A stretch of 64,000 nt of DNA from a virus (IMGVR_UViG_3300033066_001190:32001-96000); one strand, 5' to 3'; shown: positions 30,831 to 43,700, counted from the stretch's first letter. The notes: generated from the sequence alone by a model not told the origin. A program made the numbers and translations.

Positions 30831-33643
30831 TGAAGAAAAAACTAAAAATCAAACCTAAAACTAAGTCTTCTGAATGGGAAATTCTTTCAGATGATTTACC
30901 TATGTACCCAAATGGAGGAGTAGCACCTATTGTTGTAAATGATCCAAATGATCCTAGGCTTAGAGCTTATAACGATAGTTTGAATTTATATAATTATTCT
31001 CAATCTCAACATAAATTAGAACCAATAAAAGATAAAAGCCTAAGTGATGTAATATTTAGCGGAGTGATAAAAGGTGCATCAATAATAGGTGGAGGGTTAG
31101 ATGCAATAGGAAGAGGATTAAACTCAATGGGGATAGGTAAAGATCTAAACACCCCTGAATTAGTTACTAAAAGAGCAAAGAAGCTTTCACAATTTACAAA
31201 ATTAGGTCTTAAAAATGAGTTAACAGATGAAGCAGCAATAAAAATATATGGTGACAACAAACCTTTGGTTAACGGAAGAGATAAATTTACAAATAATTTT
31301 AGAGATATACAAAAAAGAAGAGAGGAAACATTAAAAGAAAGTTGGAAAGAAAAAGATATACAAAATATGTATAAAAGCTTTGATGATTTTAAAAATAAGC
31401 AAACGAGACTGTGGGCTGAAGGGGATAAAGCAATTTTAAATAGTGATCAAATATTTTGGAATGATCCTACTTCATTAAGTTCAGATTTAGTGCATGGTCA
31501 TATTAATGCTTCATCAGATTGGGAAGGAATGGCTCAAAATGATAATTACCCAAAGCCAGTTCAGCCAGTAGTATTGCAACATAATTTACAGCAAGTAACT
31601 AAAAATCCAAATCCTTCTAGAGCCATTGCTTCAGGAACTAAAATTTATAAATCTCTAAAACCATTAAATAAAACTATAATTAAAGCACCTGAACCTCAAA
31701 AAGTAGAAATCCCTCAAATTGTAAATAATCAATCAACTTCTGTAAAAAGTCTTTTAGAAGATTACCCTGATAGCATGTATTATACAACTACTAGAAGTCC
31801 TGATGAAAAAGGTGGGGGACAGTTTGATAAAACAGGCAGAAGATATGGTTTAGTAGATGTATATGATAAAAAAAGAAAAACCAAAATAAAAACTATAGAC
31901 CCTGTTTTAAATAAAGTTGTAGAAATGAAATCAGGCGGAGTTATAAAATATAATGAATGGGAAATATTACCTGAAGCAGCAGATGGCTACCAATGGAGTA
32001 ATTCACAAACTCCTAATTATTCTGTTGGAAGTAGTGAAAATATCAATATTAGTAAAACAAGTGGCAATAGAAAATTAACTAAAAAGGAACTTGAGAGTAA
32101 CAGAAATGTAGCAAAAGCTTACGTTGAAAATCAAAAAGCTCAAGAATATCAAAATAGAAAAAACAAAATAAAGGAATCAATAACTGCACAAAATCAACCA
32201 CTATCTCTTAAAAATATACAAGAACAAACACAAGCAACAGGAGATAAACTTTCTTTTGCAATGAATAGTGGAGAATATGGAGATCCTTCAAAGCATCCAG
32301 TAGCATCGGAATGGTTAAACCTTGCAGATAATTTAAATCCTGCTAAATTTGTAGGTGATGTGGCTTCGGGTATTGGTTCTGTTCCACAAGATATTTCAGA
32401 AGGTAACTATTTAAAAGCAGGACTTTCTGTGGCAACTCCTTTAGCTGCGGGTGCTATAGCAGGAGTGGGGGCAGAAAACACAAAACAATTTGTTAATAAT
32501 TTAACTAATCCCTTAGCAGGAATAAATGTAGGGGAATATTTGACTACACAAACTCCTTTAAAAAATGCTTACAAATTAAATCCTTGGACATTTAAACCTA
32601 ATCCTGAAGCTTATTATAGAGGAATAGGGAGAGCTGGATTAGATGATGCTTTAAAATCTGGAATTATACGAGAAAAACCTGGAGGAGGTTTTAATGAAAC
32701 ATATTTTTCAGATAGATTCGATGCTGCGAAACCGTATAGTACAGAAAAGGGATATGGGGTTGGTAATCCATTTGCAGAAGATGATTCTTGGTATTTTGTA
32801 GAACCCAAAGATACACGTAGTTATATAGCAGAAATTCCTAAAAAGAATATTAATGCTGCAATTCCTAATAGTACAAATAATGCCTCTAATTATTGGTCTA
32901 CAACTGAACCGATTTTTACAAAAGATTCTAAATTTTATAGAGAACATTGGCTACAAGGATATAAAGAAATCCCTAAACCAGAAAACTTAACTTTCTCAAC
33001 AAACACTAATTTACCTAAACAAAATAACTTTGGTTCTATTTATAGTTTAAATCCTCTAACTTTGTTAGGAGAAAATCTTCCAGAGCAAGCTTATAGAAAA
33101 ATAGGAAATAGTAAGGGGTTGCAAGACATTATTGAATCAGGAGTAATTAGAGCAAAAAATCAAAAAGGGTATGGAACACCATATTTTGCACCAAATACTA
33201 CTTGGGAAGGATACAATGGAGTTTATGCAGTTGGTTATCAACCTGATGTAAACGCTGGGCAATATTTACAAAGAGCTTCTAAAACCAATCCACATAGAGG
33301 TGTTGTACCAGCTAATGAGCAGGGAATAATGCCAAGTGTTCCTTTTAATGAGCAAACTACTTTGTATAGACGACTTCCTTTTACATCTGCATATAAAACA
33401 GTCCCAAAAGAATATTTACAAAATCCAAATAACCATTTGTTAACAAATCCTTATTTAGCGGATTTACAAAACTTATCCGAGAAAGGATTAAAATATACAG
33501 GATATGGGGTTGCTGGGCATGATGTGTATGTAGATGAAAAAGATAGATGGCTTCCAGTATTTAAAAACAAAGTTAAAAATTTACTAAGTCAAAAAAAATC
33601 AGGAGGAAAAATAAAATCCTCAGATTGGGAAATAATTGAATAA
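30830..33643 (+). CDS. Modular putative cargo protein with two ART-like domains
   Basis: xxxGG/WEI linkers; hydrophobic Gly/Ala segment; two YR..G..GL.D...SG.IR...YF units. Confidence 0.5.
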   Translation: MKKKLKIKPKTKSSEWEILSDDLPMYPNGGVAPIVVNDPNDPRLRAYNDSLNLYNYSQSQHKLEPIKDKSLSDVIFSGVIKGASIIGGGLDAIGRGLNSMGIGKDLNTPELVTKRAKKLSQFTKLGLKNELTDEAAIKIYGDNKPLVNGRDKFTNNFRDIQKRREETLKESWKEKDIQNMYKSFDDFKNKQTRLWAEGDKAILNSDQIFWNDPTSLSSDLVHGHINASSDWEGMAQNDNYPKPVQPVVLQHNLQQVTKNPNPSRAIASGTKIYKSLKPLNKTIIKAPEPQKVEIPQIVNNQSTSVKSLLEDYPDSMYYTTTRSPDEKGGGQFDKTGRRYGLVDVYDKKRKTKIKTIDPVLNKVVEMKSGGVIKYNEWEILPEAADGYQWSNSQTPNYSVGSSENINISKTSGNRKLTKKELESNRNVAKAYVENQKAQEYQNRKNKIKESITAQNQPLSLKNIQEQTQATGDKLSFAMNSGEYGDPSKHPVASEWLNLADNLNPAKFVGDVASGIGSVPQDISEGNYLKAGLSVATPLAAGAIAGVGAENTKQFVNNLTNPLAGINVGEYLTTQTPLKNAYKLNPWTFKPNPEAYYRGIGRAGLDDALKSGIIREKPGGGFNETYFSDRFDAAKPYSTEKGYGVGNPFAEDDSWYFVEPKDTRSYIAEIPKKNINAAIPNSTNNASNYWSTTEPIFTKDSKFYREHWLQGYKEIPKPENLTFSTNTNLPKQNNFGSIYSLNPLTLLGENLPEQAYRKIGNSKGLQDIIESGVIRAKNQKGYGTPYFAPNTTWEGYNGVYAVGYQPDVNAGQYLQRASKTNPHRGVVPANEQGIMPSVPFNEQTTLYRRLPFTSAYKTVPKEYLQNPNNHLLTNPYLADLQNLSEKGLKYTGYGVAGHDVYVDEKDRWLPVFKNKVKNLLSQKKSGGKIKSSDWEIIE

Positions 33644-33656
33644 AAATACAAGAAAT

Positions 33657-36191
33657 ATGAAAATAAAGAATAAACAAGGGGAAATAATCGAAGTTCCTAA
33701 AGGAATGGAAGAAGTTGTAACAAAAGCTATACAAAATGGAGAAAATCCATTAGAAGTAATGAAATCAGGCGGTTGGATAAAAGATGCTATAAACCCTAAA
33801 CATAAGGGTTATTGCACTCCAATGACAAAAGCTACATGTACTCCTAAAAGAAAAACATTAGCTAAAACATTTAAAAAGCATTATGGTTTTCATGAAAATG
33901 GGGGAGTTATACCAAAAGCAGAAGAAGGTTGGGAGAACATTGGAGAAAATAACCCTGTGATTAATCAAGTGGATACTTCTAACATGGGTAATTATTCTCA
34001 ATCCTATAATTCAGGTTTAGGTTCTACAGTGAATCCAGATGGTACAATTTCTGTTTCTCAAGGATTACCCTCTAATTATGGAATGAATTCACCTAGTATA
34101 GATCCTCAAAGTCCTCCTAATAACTATGATTACAGTAATCCTCCCTCTATGGGTGAAATGGATGCTATACCAAAACCTAAAAAATTAAATCCTAACATCC
34201 TCACTGGTAATCCTTATATAAACAGAGTACAATCAGGATTATCTACTATTGATAAAGGCATAAAACAAGGTGGAGATGAGGGAGATGCTTTAATTGCTTT
34301 GGGTGCTGTGAAAACAGGTTTATCAGGTAGTGCAGGAATTGCAAATGAAATAGGAGCATGGAGAACAAATAAAAATGTAGCTGCACAAGAAAGCAACAAC
34401 TTCATAAACTTGTTCAAAGATGATTATACGTACAAACCAACATTTAAAGGAAATGATGAACAGTATGCAAAATATGGGAAATCAATCATGTCTGCGGAAT
34501 CTGGAATGAATATTCCTTCTAAATTCAGAGGAGATAGACATTATGAAAACTCCCAAGGAGGAATTCCAATTGATGTAAACATTCACACAAACGAAGCTAA
34601 CAATATGCAAGTGCCAATAGATCAAGCCAATCTTTTAGTGGAGGGCGGAGAATATTATTTACCAAAAATGGAAAATGGAGGAGATGCTCCTGCAAGAGTA
34701 TTATCAGATAGAAAAAACGTTGGTGTTAAAATCAATGGTAAAAAATTATCTCCTACAGAGCATTTAGATCATTTAAGTAAAGAAACACTAGGATTTACTC
34801 CGGATCAAATGACAAAAGCTATTGTTAAAGCTGATAAATTTGCTTTAAAAAATGGTAAATATCTCACTGATAATTCGGCACAAAATACAAAAAACGCCAT
34901 AAATTTGTTAGAGGAAACGTACACTCCAATTATACAAGAACTTAGTAATCAAGCATTTATGCAACAAGAAATTACAAAAGCTAAAAAAGGATTACCTTCT
35001 GAATTATCTCAAGCTAAATTAGGTAAAGCTGTATATGGAGAATATATGGAAACTAGACCTATTTCTTTAGATTTACCTCAAGAAAGTTTAGCAAATGTCA
35101 GTGTAACAACAAATGAATTACCTACTAATTTAAAAAGACGTAGCACTTTTGTTGCACCTAAATATAAAACAAAAGAGGGTATTGTAACACCTAGAGATAG
35201 AGATTTGAATGCAGCTCCTCCAACTGATTATGAATCTAGAGCAAAAATGTTAGAAGGTTTAAGGGGAAGTCAGTTTAAAGATTTTCAAGATTTTCAAGGA
35301 TATGATTATGATTTAGCTTTACAATCTCCAGAAGGTCAAAAAGCTATAAATGATATGTATTTATATTATGGTTTAACTAATACGCATGAAAAAGAGTTTC
35401 CTGATATTGCTAAAAAAATAATCAATCAAGAGAATTTAACTTATGATGAAATGGTTAAATTGAGAAAGAATTATGTTGATAATAATCCAGGAAAAAGGAT
35501 ATTAAATTATGATCCTTCTAGTCAATTTTTTACAAAAGGTTCTCAAAATACTGTAATTCCCACTAGTAAAACTGTAGAATCAGATAAATTTACAATTCCT
35601 ACAATACCTGTTGGTACAATTCAAGAATCTGTAGAATCTGATTATGGTTATCCTTTACCAGTGGCTTTAAATACCTATCCTAGAGATCCTGTTCAACTTT
35701 TACAACAAACTCCTCACGATTATGTTCCTAAAAATTTAACTCCTCAAATGGTTCGTAGACCATATAGAGGCGTAACATCTGTAGATAGAAGCATTGCGGG
35801 ACAAGATTTCTTAAACGATACACTAGCTAATCAGCAAGCTACACAACAAGCTAATAATGTAAATATTGCTGCTAGAAATGAAGCTGATAGGTTTAATCTA
35901 ACCAATAGGCAAAATATTGACACTGGTAATCTGAATAGAAAACAGGATTATATGGATGCTATTGCTAAAAGGGAAGCTATTATACAACAGCAAATGAATT
36001 TAGATAGAAATCAAGTGTTATCTGCTCAAGTTGATATGAATCATGAAAAAGCTACAAGAGATTATTTAGCTTCTGTTTACGATCCAAGATATGCTTTCAA
36101 TTCTACTTACACCCCTATTTTAAAACAAGATGAGAAAAAGAAAGAAAAGAAGAAATATGGTGGTAAAATCAATATAAAAAAGAAGAAATAA
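33657..36191 (+). CDS. Putative ejection/cargo protein
   Basis: Repeated xxxGG/AxxG motifs, G..H...GG...VEGGE, TM-like segment, basic C-terminus. ATG 33657 preferred over TTG 33636. Confidence 0.55.
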   Translation: MKIKNKQGEIIEVPKGMEEVVTKAIQNGENPLEVMKSGGWIKDAINPKHKGYCTPMTKATCTPKRKTLAKTFKKHYGFHENGGVIPKAEEGWENIGENNPVINQVDTSNMGNYSQSYNSGLGSTVNPDGTISVSQGLPSNYGMNSPSIDPQSPPNNYDYSNPPSMGEMDAIPKPKKLNPNILTGNPYINRVQSGLSTIDKGIKQGGDEGDALIALGAVKTGLSGSAGIANEIGAWRTNKNVAAQESNNFINLFKDDYTYKPTFKGNDEQYAKYGKSIMSAESGMNIPSKFRGDRHYENSQGGIPIDVNIHTNEANNMQVPIDQANLLVEGGEYYLPKMENGGDAPARVLSDRKNVGVKINGKKLSPTEHLDHLSKETLGFTPDQMTKAIVKADKFALKNGKYLTDNSAQNTKNAINLLEETYTPIIQELSNQAFMQQEITKAKKGLPSELSQAKLGKAVYGEYMETRPISLDLPQESLANVSVTTNELPTNLKRRSTFVAPKYKTKEGIVTPRDRDLNAAPPTDYESRAKMLEGLRGSQFKDFQDFQGYDYDLALQSPEGQKAINDMYLYYGLTNTHEKEFPDIAKKIINQENLTYDEMVKLRKNYVDNNPGKRILNYDPSSQFFTKGSQNTVIPTSKTVESDKFTIPTIPVGTIQESVESDYGYPLPVALNTYPRDPVQLLQQTPHDYVPKNLTPQMVRRPYRGVTSVDRSIAGQDFLNDTLANQQATQQANNVNIAARNEADRFNLTNRQNIDTGNLNRKQDYMDAIAKREAIIQQQMNLDRNQVLSAQVDMNHEKATRDYLASVYDPRYAFNSTYTPILKQDEKKKEKKKYGGKINIKKKK

Positions 36192-36218
36192 TCACCGTCA
36201 TAAAATTCATGGATTTTC

Positions 36219-36249
36219 TTTGACTATTAACAAAAAATAATTAATATTG
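36219..36249 (+). promoter_or_regulatory. Putative promoter TTTG-N19-TAATATTG
   Basis: Same spacing as the 2350 element; lies in an intergenic gap. Confidence 0.45.
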
Positions 36250-36253
36250 TAGT

Positions 36254-37705
36254 ATGGGATATAATCAATTCAGTCAAGCTGTACAACCCGTAGATTTATA
36301 TAAACCTATAGATGATAATGTGTTAGCTATGGGTCAAAAGTCTATTTATGACAGAGCTGAAAAATTGGGGGAAAAAGTAAGTGTTGCTGGTCAAAACATA
36401 TTTGGTATCAATACATATGGTAAAGATGCAGAAGTTTTAAATGAGCTGCAAACCACTTTTAACCAACAAATTGAGCAATTAGCTAAAGAAGGATTAGATA
36501 AACCTGATGTACAATCTAGGATTAATACATTGATTAGCCAATATTCTTCCAATCCAGATTTGATTAATATTCACCAACGCAAAGCTCAATATGATCAATT
36601 TGCTAAACAGTTACAAGACTATCAAGAAAAAGGTAAATTTGTTCCACCTTGGAAAATGAAACCTTTACAAGATGCTGAAAACTATTATAGTGGTGATAAA
36701 TATTTAACCAATAAAAGATTTACAGGTTCTATTGAAGCAGGTTTTGATTGGGATAAACACAAAGAATCTGTTGCTAAAGCTGTACCAGAATTAGAATTGC
36801 TTAAAAAAGGAATCACTAATGATGTTTATAAAGGTAAAGCTTATAATAACCTATACTCAGGTTTTTTAAATAGTGTATATACACAACCTGGAGCAATGGA
36901 AGATTTGCAAGGTCAATTTGAACACTACTATGGAGACCAAGATTTTGCTACTGCTGATAAACAATTAGCAGCTTCTCAATATGCTGATTTAAAAGCTATT
37001 TATGACAATACAGAAAATCCTATACAAAAGGAGCAAATAGCAAAAGATTTACAATATTGGAAAGATTTACACGATAATGTAAATCCAAACACATCCAAAA
37101 CTCAGGCTTTTGAACATTATGTAAAATCCGTTGCTCAAGATTTTGCAAATTCTGCAACAAATTTTGCTTTAAAAGAATCAAAATTGTCTGATGCCGAAAC
37201 ATTAAGGCGACAACACAATAATAGAATAAATGAAATAAAAGCTCAACAAGAAGCAAATCTTTCTAAATTGAGAGAAGCTCAAAGAATAAAGGCTTCAGCT
37301 TCTAATATTAGTGATTCTTTACAAAGAAAACTTATTGAAAAAGGTGTTGAGTCTGGATATACTTCTGAATTATTAAATGAGGATGGCTCTTTTAAATCAG
37401 CTTCAGATCTTGTAAAAATGGGATTAAATGATAAAGCAATTGATACCAAATTAAAAGTTGGAGATAAAGAATATGACAAATCTGAAATTGTAGCTAATAT
37501 AAATGCAGGAAATAAAGATTTTATAAAAGATTTTATAAATGCTTATTTACCAGAAGGTGCTGAAGAAGTAAAAATCGAAGGAAATAATATATTGTATGAT
37601 ACTGAAGGATATATCGGAAACCCCTTTGGATTCGATAAAAAAATTACAAAATCAGAATTATTAAAACTAATTGAGAGTGATTCAAAAATAGATGTAGGTA
37701 TTTAA
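36254..37705 (+). CDS. Putative ejection/cargo protein
   Basis: Helical, Cys-free; upstream of the virion RNAP as in crAss-like phages. Confidence 0.5.
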   Translation: MGYNQFSQAVQPVDLYKPIDDNVLAMGQKSIYDRAEKLGEKVSVAGQNIFGINTYGKDAEVLNELQTTFNQQIEQLAKEGLDKPDVQSRINTLISQYSSNPDLINIHQRKAQYDQFAKQLQDYQEKGKFVPPWKMKPLQDAENYYSGDKYLTNKRFTGSIEAGFDWDKHKESVAKAVPELELLKKGITNDVYKGKAYNNLYSGFLNSVYTQPGAMEDLQGQFEHYYGDQDFATADKQLAASQYADLKAIYDNTENPIQKEQIAKDLQYWKDLHDNVNPNTSKTQAFEHYVKSVAQDFANSATNFALKESKLSDAETLRRQHNNRINEIKAQQEANLSKLREAQRIKASASNISDSLQRKLIEKGVESGYTSELLNEDGSFKSASDLVKMGLNDKAIDTKLKVGDKEYDKSEIVANINAGNKDFIKDFINAYLPEGAEEVKIEGNNILYDTEGYIGNPFGFDKKITKSELLKLIESDSKIDVGI

Positions 37706-37708
37706 GGT

Positions 37709-40700
37709 ATGGCAGAAACATTAAAAGATCTTTACGGAAAGCTTGAGAAAGCTAATATAAAACTTCCCGATTATGACACTTTTGAAAAAAAGTATAATAC
37801 TCCCGAAGGAGCTGATGTTTTATATAAAAAACTAAATTCGGCTAATATAAAATTACCAGATGTTGAATCTTTTAAAAGTAAGTATTTTACAACATCTACA
37901 AGTGATAATCTTGTTAAACAGGATTCGGACAACATTATAACAAAAAATCTTAAAAATATAGTTTCAAATGTTACAGGTTATCAATTTGATCAACCTGAAC
38001 AAAAAGGTATTGATTTTGTATTTGGAAAAGACAAACAAAACAGGTCAATAAATACACCTTCGGCAACTATTACAATAGATGAAGAATCAGAACCTAATTA
38101 CAAATTAGCTGCTTTACAAACAACAGGTAAAGTAAATCTTACTCCTGAAGATATGGATAATCCATATGTAGTTGAAAGGGTAAGAGCTAACAAAAGAAAC
38201 ATAGATGATCAAATTCAAAAAGTAAAAGATGCTTACATTGAAACTAAAGATACAGATGTTTTATTTTCAGGTATAGAAGATTTAAAGAAAATCTATCAAA
38301 CCAAAGAAGGCTCTTTTGTTAAAAACCAATTAGATAAAGATTCTAAAAAAATAGAAGAAGAGATAAAACTTTTAGAAAACTATAAAACTGAAAATTCAGG
38401 TAAAGGTTCAGAGTTATTTCCAGATGAAGCTGAAAAAATTGTTGGAAAAAAGGGTATATTGACAAAAGCAGATGTGGGTAATAGACTTAAAGAACTTTAT
38501 GCAATAAGAAACACTCCTAAAAAAGAATTGGATGATTTACTTCAAGTGGATGAATCTCTAAATCAGGTAGCTAAAAGTCTAATTAAATATAAGGATGATT
38601 TAGCAGAAGCTGCAAGAGAAACTCCAGAAATATTAGTAAATCAAAAAGAAGACAATCTTCTTTACAATTTAGCTGAATATGGTACAAAGGTTTCCAATAC
38701 AAATTCTAAAGAATTGTACGATGCTAATTTATTAAAGTTTAAAAAGAGAATAGCTTCTGACGAACAAGGTAATTTTATAGATTTAAGACAACTTTTATCT
38801 AACACTACAAACAATGATTATTATACATCTAATTTAGTTGGAGATAGAGCTAAGTTCCAAGAAGATACATATAACGGAATTAAAGCTTTAAGGGATAACA
38901 TAGCTTTAGCTAAAGATGAAAAATATGGTATTCCTGCACAAATAAAAAGATTACAACAAGAAAAACAACAACTGATTGATACATATGCAAAAGCTAATGT
39001 TCCTGTTCCAGAACAGGAGCTAAGAGCTTTTGATGATATTATTAAATACAATGAGAATAAACTTACTAATCAAAATGCACTGTCTAAAAAATTAGACGAA
39101 ATAGAAAAACAATATCTTTCTGAATACAAAGATGTTAAACAGTACAAGGAAGATAATACTAAACTTTCTGAATTATACCTAAAAGATTCATCAAAAGTTG
39201 GAGTTTTAGATCAAGTAAGCTTAGAAGCTAAACCTTTTTACAAAACCCTTTATGGAATAACAGGAGGTGTAGCTCAAGCTATTGAACAAAACATAACATT
39301 ACCTTTAGAAGAAAAAACTGGAATTATTTCCAAAGAACAAAGAATAGCACAATCTTTAGATAATTATTATGCTATTAACAATGTCAACTTTTTGTATGTT
39401 CCTGATGCTATAAAAAACAGACAAAGTATTAAAATTACTAAAGATGATAAAGCTCCATTAGGTTTTAAAATAAATGATGTAAATGTAAGAGCTGCTTTAT
39501 CAGAAGGGGTAAATACATTTATTCAGTCTTATGCTTTTGGTAAAGCAGGTCAATTATTTGGTAAAGCAAGTGGTTTATCTGGAGCAATTGGTGAAGAATT
39601 AGGTACTGTATGGGGAGGAGCTTTTACATCTAATGTGATGATGTCTGAAATAGATGACCAAAACATTGAAAAATTCTTAAGAGGAGAAATTAAGTTTGAT
39701 GATATTGTTCCTAAATCAACGTTGGAAAAAACTTTAGAGGGAGCAACAGAAGCTATATGGATTCCAGAATTAAAAGTTTTAGATCACGCAGGACAAGAAA
39801 TTGTTAAAAAGTATGCTTTAGGTAAATTCTTACAGGAATCTGTAGGCAGAAAAATGTTATCTGATGATTTCAAGTATTTAGCTAAAACTGTTGTTAAAAA
39901 TGCTATTGAAGTTCCTTTACATGAAAGTATTGAAGAAATTGCAGGTAATGCAGGTCAAGATGTAATTGATATAGCTTACAAGAAATCAAACCTTAAATAT
40001 AATCCAGAAGAAAACTTTACTCTTCTAAACAATATTCAAACAGCTTTAGTTACTACAATTTCTATGTGGGTTACCTCTGCTGTTGGTATAACATCCAGTG
40101 CATTAAATAGAGCATCTATTGGAGACACCTATAATTATGAAATAGCAAAGAATGCTGATGAATTCTACAATTATGCTGTAGCAGGTATTAATGAGCTAGA
40201 TAACAAAGAATTTTCTAAAATCTATCCTCAATTTGCTTCTAAACAGGAAGCTATTTCCACAACTAAAAAAGTTTACGATCAATATAAACAACTGTTTAAT
40301 GAAGCTGCTCCAACTACATCAATGCTAGTTTCAGATGTAGATAAGCAAAACTATTTTAACATCCTGATGGATTTGAAGAAAATGTCTTTAGAACCAGCTA
40401 CAGAAGAAAATACAAAAAAAGCAGCTATACTTTTATCTAAAAAGCTTGCATATGATGTAAAAGCTAGTGAACTAAGAAATAAGCCTATTAAAGAAAGATT
40501 ATCAGCTACACTAGATGAATCAATTGATCAATTAGCTACAGACGATATAAATGTTCCTACATTGCAAGCTACCATTCTTCAAATGGAAAAATGGAAAACA
40601 TTGCTTGGAGATGATAAGCAATATACTAAAGATGTTCAAAGGCTAGACAATAAAATAGCAGAAGTAAAACAACGTATAATTGATTTAACTCCTGTTTCAG

Positions 40701-43700
40701 ATAAACCTCAAGAACAAGTAACTCCTGAACCTGTTGAAGAAATTAAATCTGATAACTCTTTTGAAAAAATCAAATCGGAAATTGATAATTTACCAAAAGA
40801 AGAAATAAAAACATTGCAATCTCTTTCTGAGATTGAAGCTAGATATCCTAATTTGAGTGAATCGGATCAAGAAAAGCTTTATGATTATGTAGATACAAAA
40901 CTTAACTCTTTAGAAAAAGAAGCAGATAAAGTGTCTACTTTTAAAGACAAAACAGGTAAAGAATTTTCTCTAACAAAGAAAGATCAAATTCTTGTTAATG
41001 GGGAAGTGTTTAACCCTATTTCCTATGAAAATAATAGACTGAAAGGGAAGTATTTAAATAATTCACAAGAAATATCCCTTAATCCAGAAGATTTTGAAAT
41101 TTCTACAGATAAAGAAGCTATAAATAAAGTTCTTTCTAAAACAAAAAAGGAAGAAACAAAAGAAACAGAGGATTTTATTTCTGCTGAAACTCTTCTTGAT
41201 AAAGAACCTAAAGCTACATCTTCTGATATTGAAGCACAAAAAGCTGATATAGAAAGAAGAAAACAAGAGGAGTTAATCATTCCTAATACAAATACTTCTT
41301 TGTATGACAGTGTTAAAAAATTAGAAAAAGGTATTGAAGATATTACAAACAAAATAGCTGAATTAGAAAAAGAAGGTAAAGGTAATATTGCTAATCAAAG
41401 AACAGGAGTTACATCTCTTTCTGGATTAGCAACTGATAGGAAAAGATTAGAAGACATTCGTGAAAAAGAGCTAGAGAAAATAAACAAAATCAATGCTAAA
41501 TATGATGCAGAATTAGCTGCTTTAGAAGGTAAAAAAGAAGAAACAAAACCTGTAGAAGAAGTTGAACCTGTTTCTAATGAAGAGTTAGAAAAGGAATTAC
41601 TACAAATAAATGAGCAAATTAAAGATGCTTTAAATGATGAAACTTCTACTATAACAGTAGAAGAGTTAGCTAAACTAGCTAATAGACAAAAAGAAATAAA
41701 AGCTGCTTTAGGTATTACAGAATCTAAACCTGAAACTAAAGAAGAAAAGGTTGAAAAAGTACAAGAAAAAGAAACTAAAATAACCGATAGTAAATTAAGT
41801 AAGGTTTACTATCCTTTTTCTACCACTCCTCAATATGTTACAAAATCTGGTATAACTGATGATCCTTTTATTCAAATTCAATCTAACGCTTTAAACAAGC
41901 TTAAAAAGGAGAACGAACTAAAGTCTTATGAAGACATGGGTGTATTTGTTACAGTTATGAACAATACATTCCCATTGGACGAAAAACATCAGCCTAAAAA
42001 TACTCTAGATGCTGTAAATTCAGGTAAAATAACAAAAGAAAGGGTAGAAGAAGGAAGGATTGCTGTTCTTACAAATAAAAATGGAGAACCTTTATATTTT
42101 GACAACGATGGAAATAGAACAACTAGTGATAAAGGAACAGTTGTTTATCAACCATTACGAGGAACTATCAAAGATGGTAAACTTGATATGTCCAAACAAA
42201 ACATTCCAACACAAGAGGAATTAAAAGCTTCTGGAGATTTAGAAAGGTTCAATATAGAAATTCAAAGACTTACAGAAGTACGTCTTTCAAAAGAACCTGT
42301 TACATTAAAAATAGCAGAAATTACTAAAGGTGTTGACAATTTTAATAAATCTGAAAGAACAAAAATTGATTCTAATAAGTATGATATTCTTATAAAATCA
42401 AATGGTTATGTTGTAGCAAAAGATAAAACCAACAACATAGAAGCTCCTATTTATAGGTCAACATTGGAAGCAGCAGGATTATCTGATTTCATTGCTGCCT
42501 TTATGAACATGAATAATAAAGAAGGTTTGGCTGCCAATCTTAAAAATGATTGGCAAGCAAGACGGGATTTCCTAGAAAAAGTTATCTACACATCTCCTGC
42601 TAGAAGAATACGCTTTAATGAACCAAATCTATTTTTAACATCTTCTGAAGAAGTATCTAAACTTCCTGTAAACGTATCCCAAATCTACTTAAATGAAAAA
42701 TTTGATTGGTATAAATGGGACGGTAATAAATTTATCCCAGATAATTTTAATACTTACCAAGATTTCTTGGCAGATAAACTAACTGTAGCTTCTGTATCTC
42801 CTAGTTATAATTCCTATATTAAATTAGGTGAACAAATATCTAAAGAAACAAAACCTATTCAGGAATCACCAAAACCTGAACAAGCTCCTTTAATTCAATC
42901 TCCTGTAGCTAAAGAATTTAAGAAATCAAATAGATCACAAGGAATAAAAATAAATACTGATGCGAAAGGATTATCAGGAGTTAGCAAAAAAACAGACCTT
43001 AAAAGAACTAAACTTCTTGGTAAACGGATTACAGAAGAACAAAATAAAATAGCTAAAGAGTGGTTTGATCAATATTTGAAACAATCAGGAGCTAATTTTG
43101 AAGACTTAAGAGATGTTGTAAATTCTGATGCATGGGCTACATGGTCTACTGCTGCTATTAAATTATGGCAAGGTGGGGATTTTACAGATTTATATCACGA
43201 AGCTTTCCATGATTTCAGTCAATTGTTTTTAACAAAAGAACAAAAGAAATCTCTTTATGACGAAGTAAGAAAAACAAAACCTAGAATATCTGATTTTGAA
43301 GCAGAAGAAATTATAGCTGAGGATTTCAGAAAATACATGTTATCTGGTCAAAAGTTAATTCTTAATAATAGAGTAAAAAGAAATACCATCTTTAGGAAGA
43401 TGTATAACTTTTTAAGAGAGTTATTTACAGGAACACCTTCGTTAGAAGTAGTTTATCAAAAATTAGCTAATCAAAATATTTCTTCTTATAAAAGAAATGT
43501 TGATAATGCTTTATTTGGTAAACTTAATAAAAACATAGAAGGTTTAACCTTCACTGAATCTGTAAATCTATATAGAGCTTTAGATAGCTTAATAGCTAAA
43601 CAATTTAGAGAATTTGGAATACCTATTTCTAGATTATTCAAAGAAAAAGAAGTAATTGAAAAAACATATCAGCAAGTTGCTTTAGATTTAAAAGCTGCTT

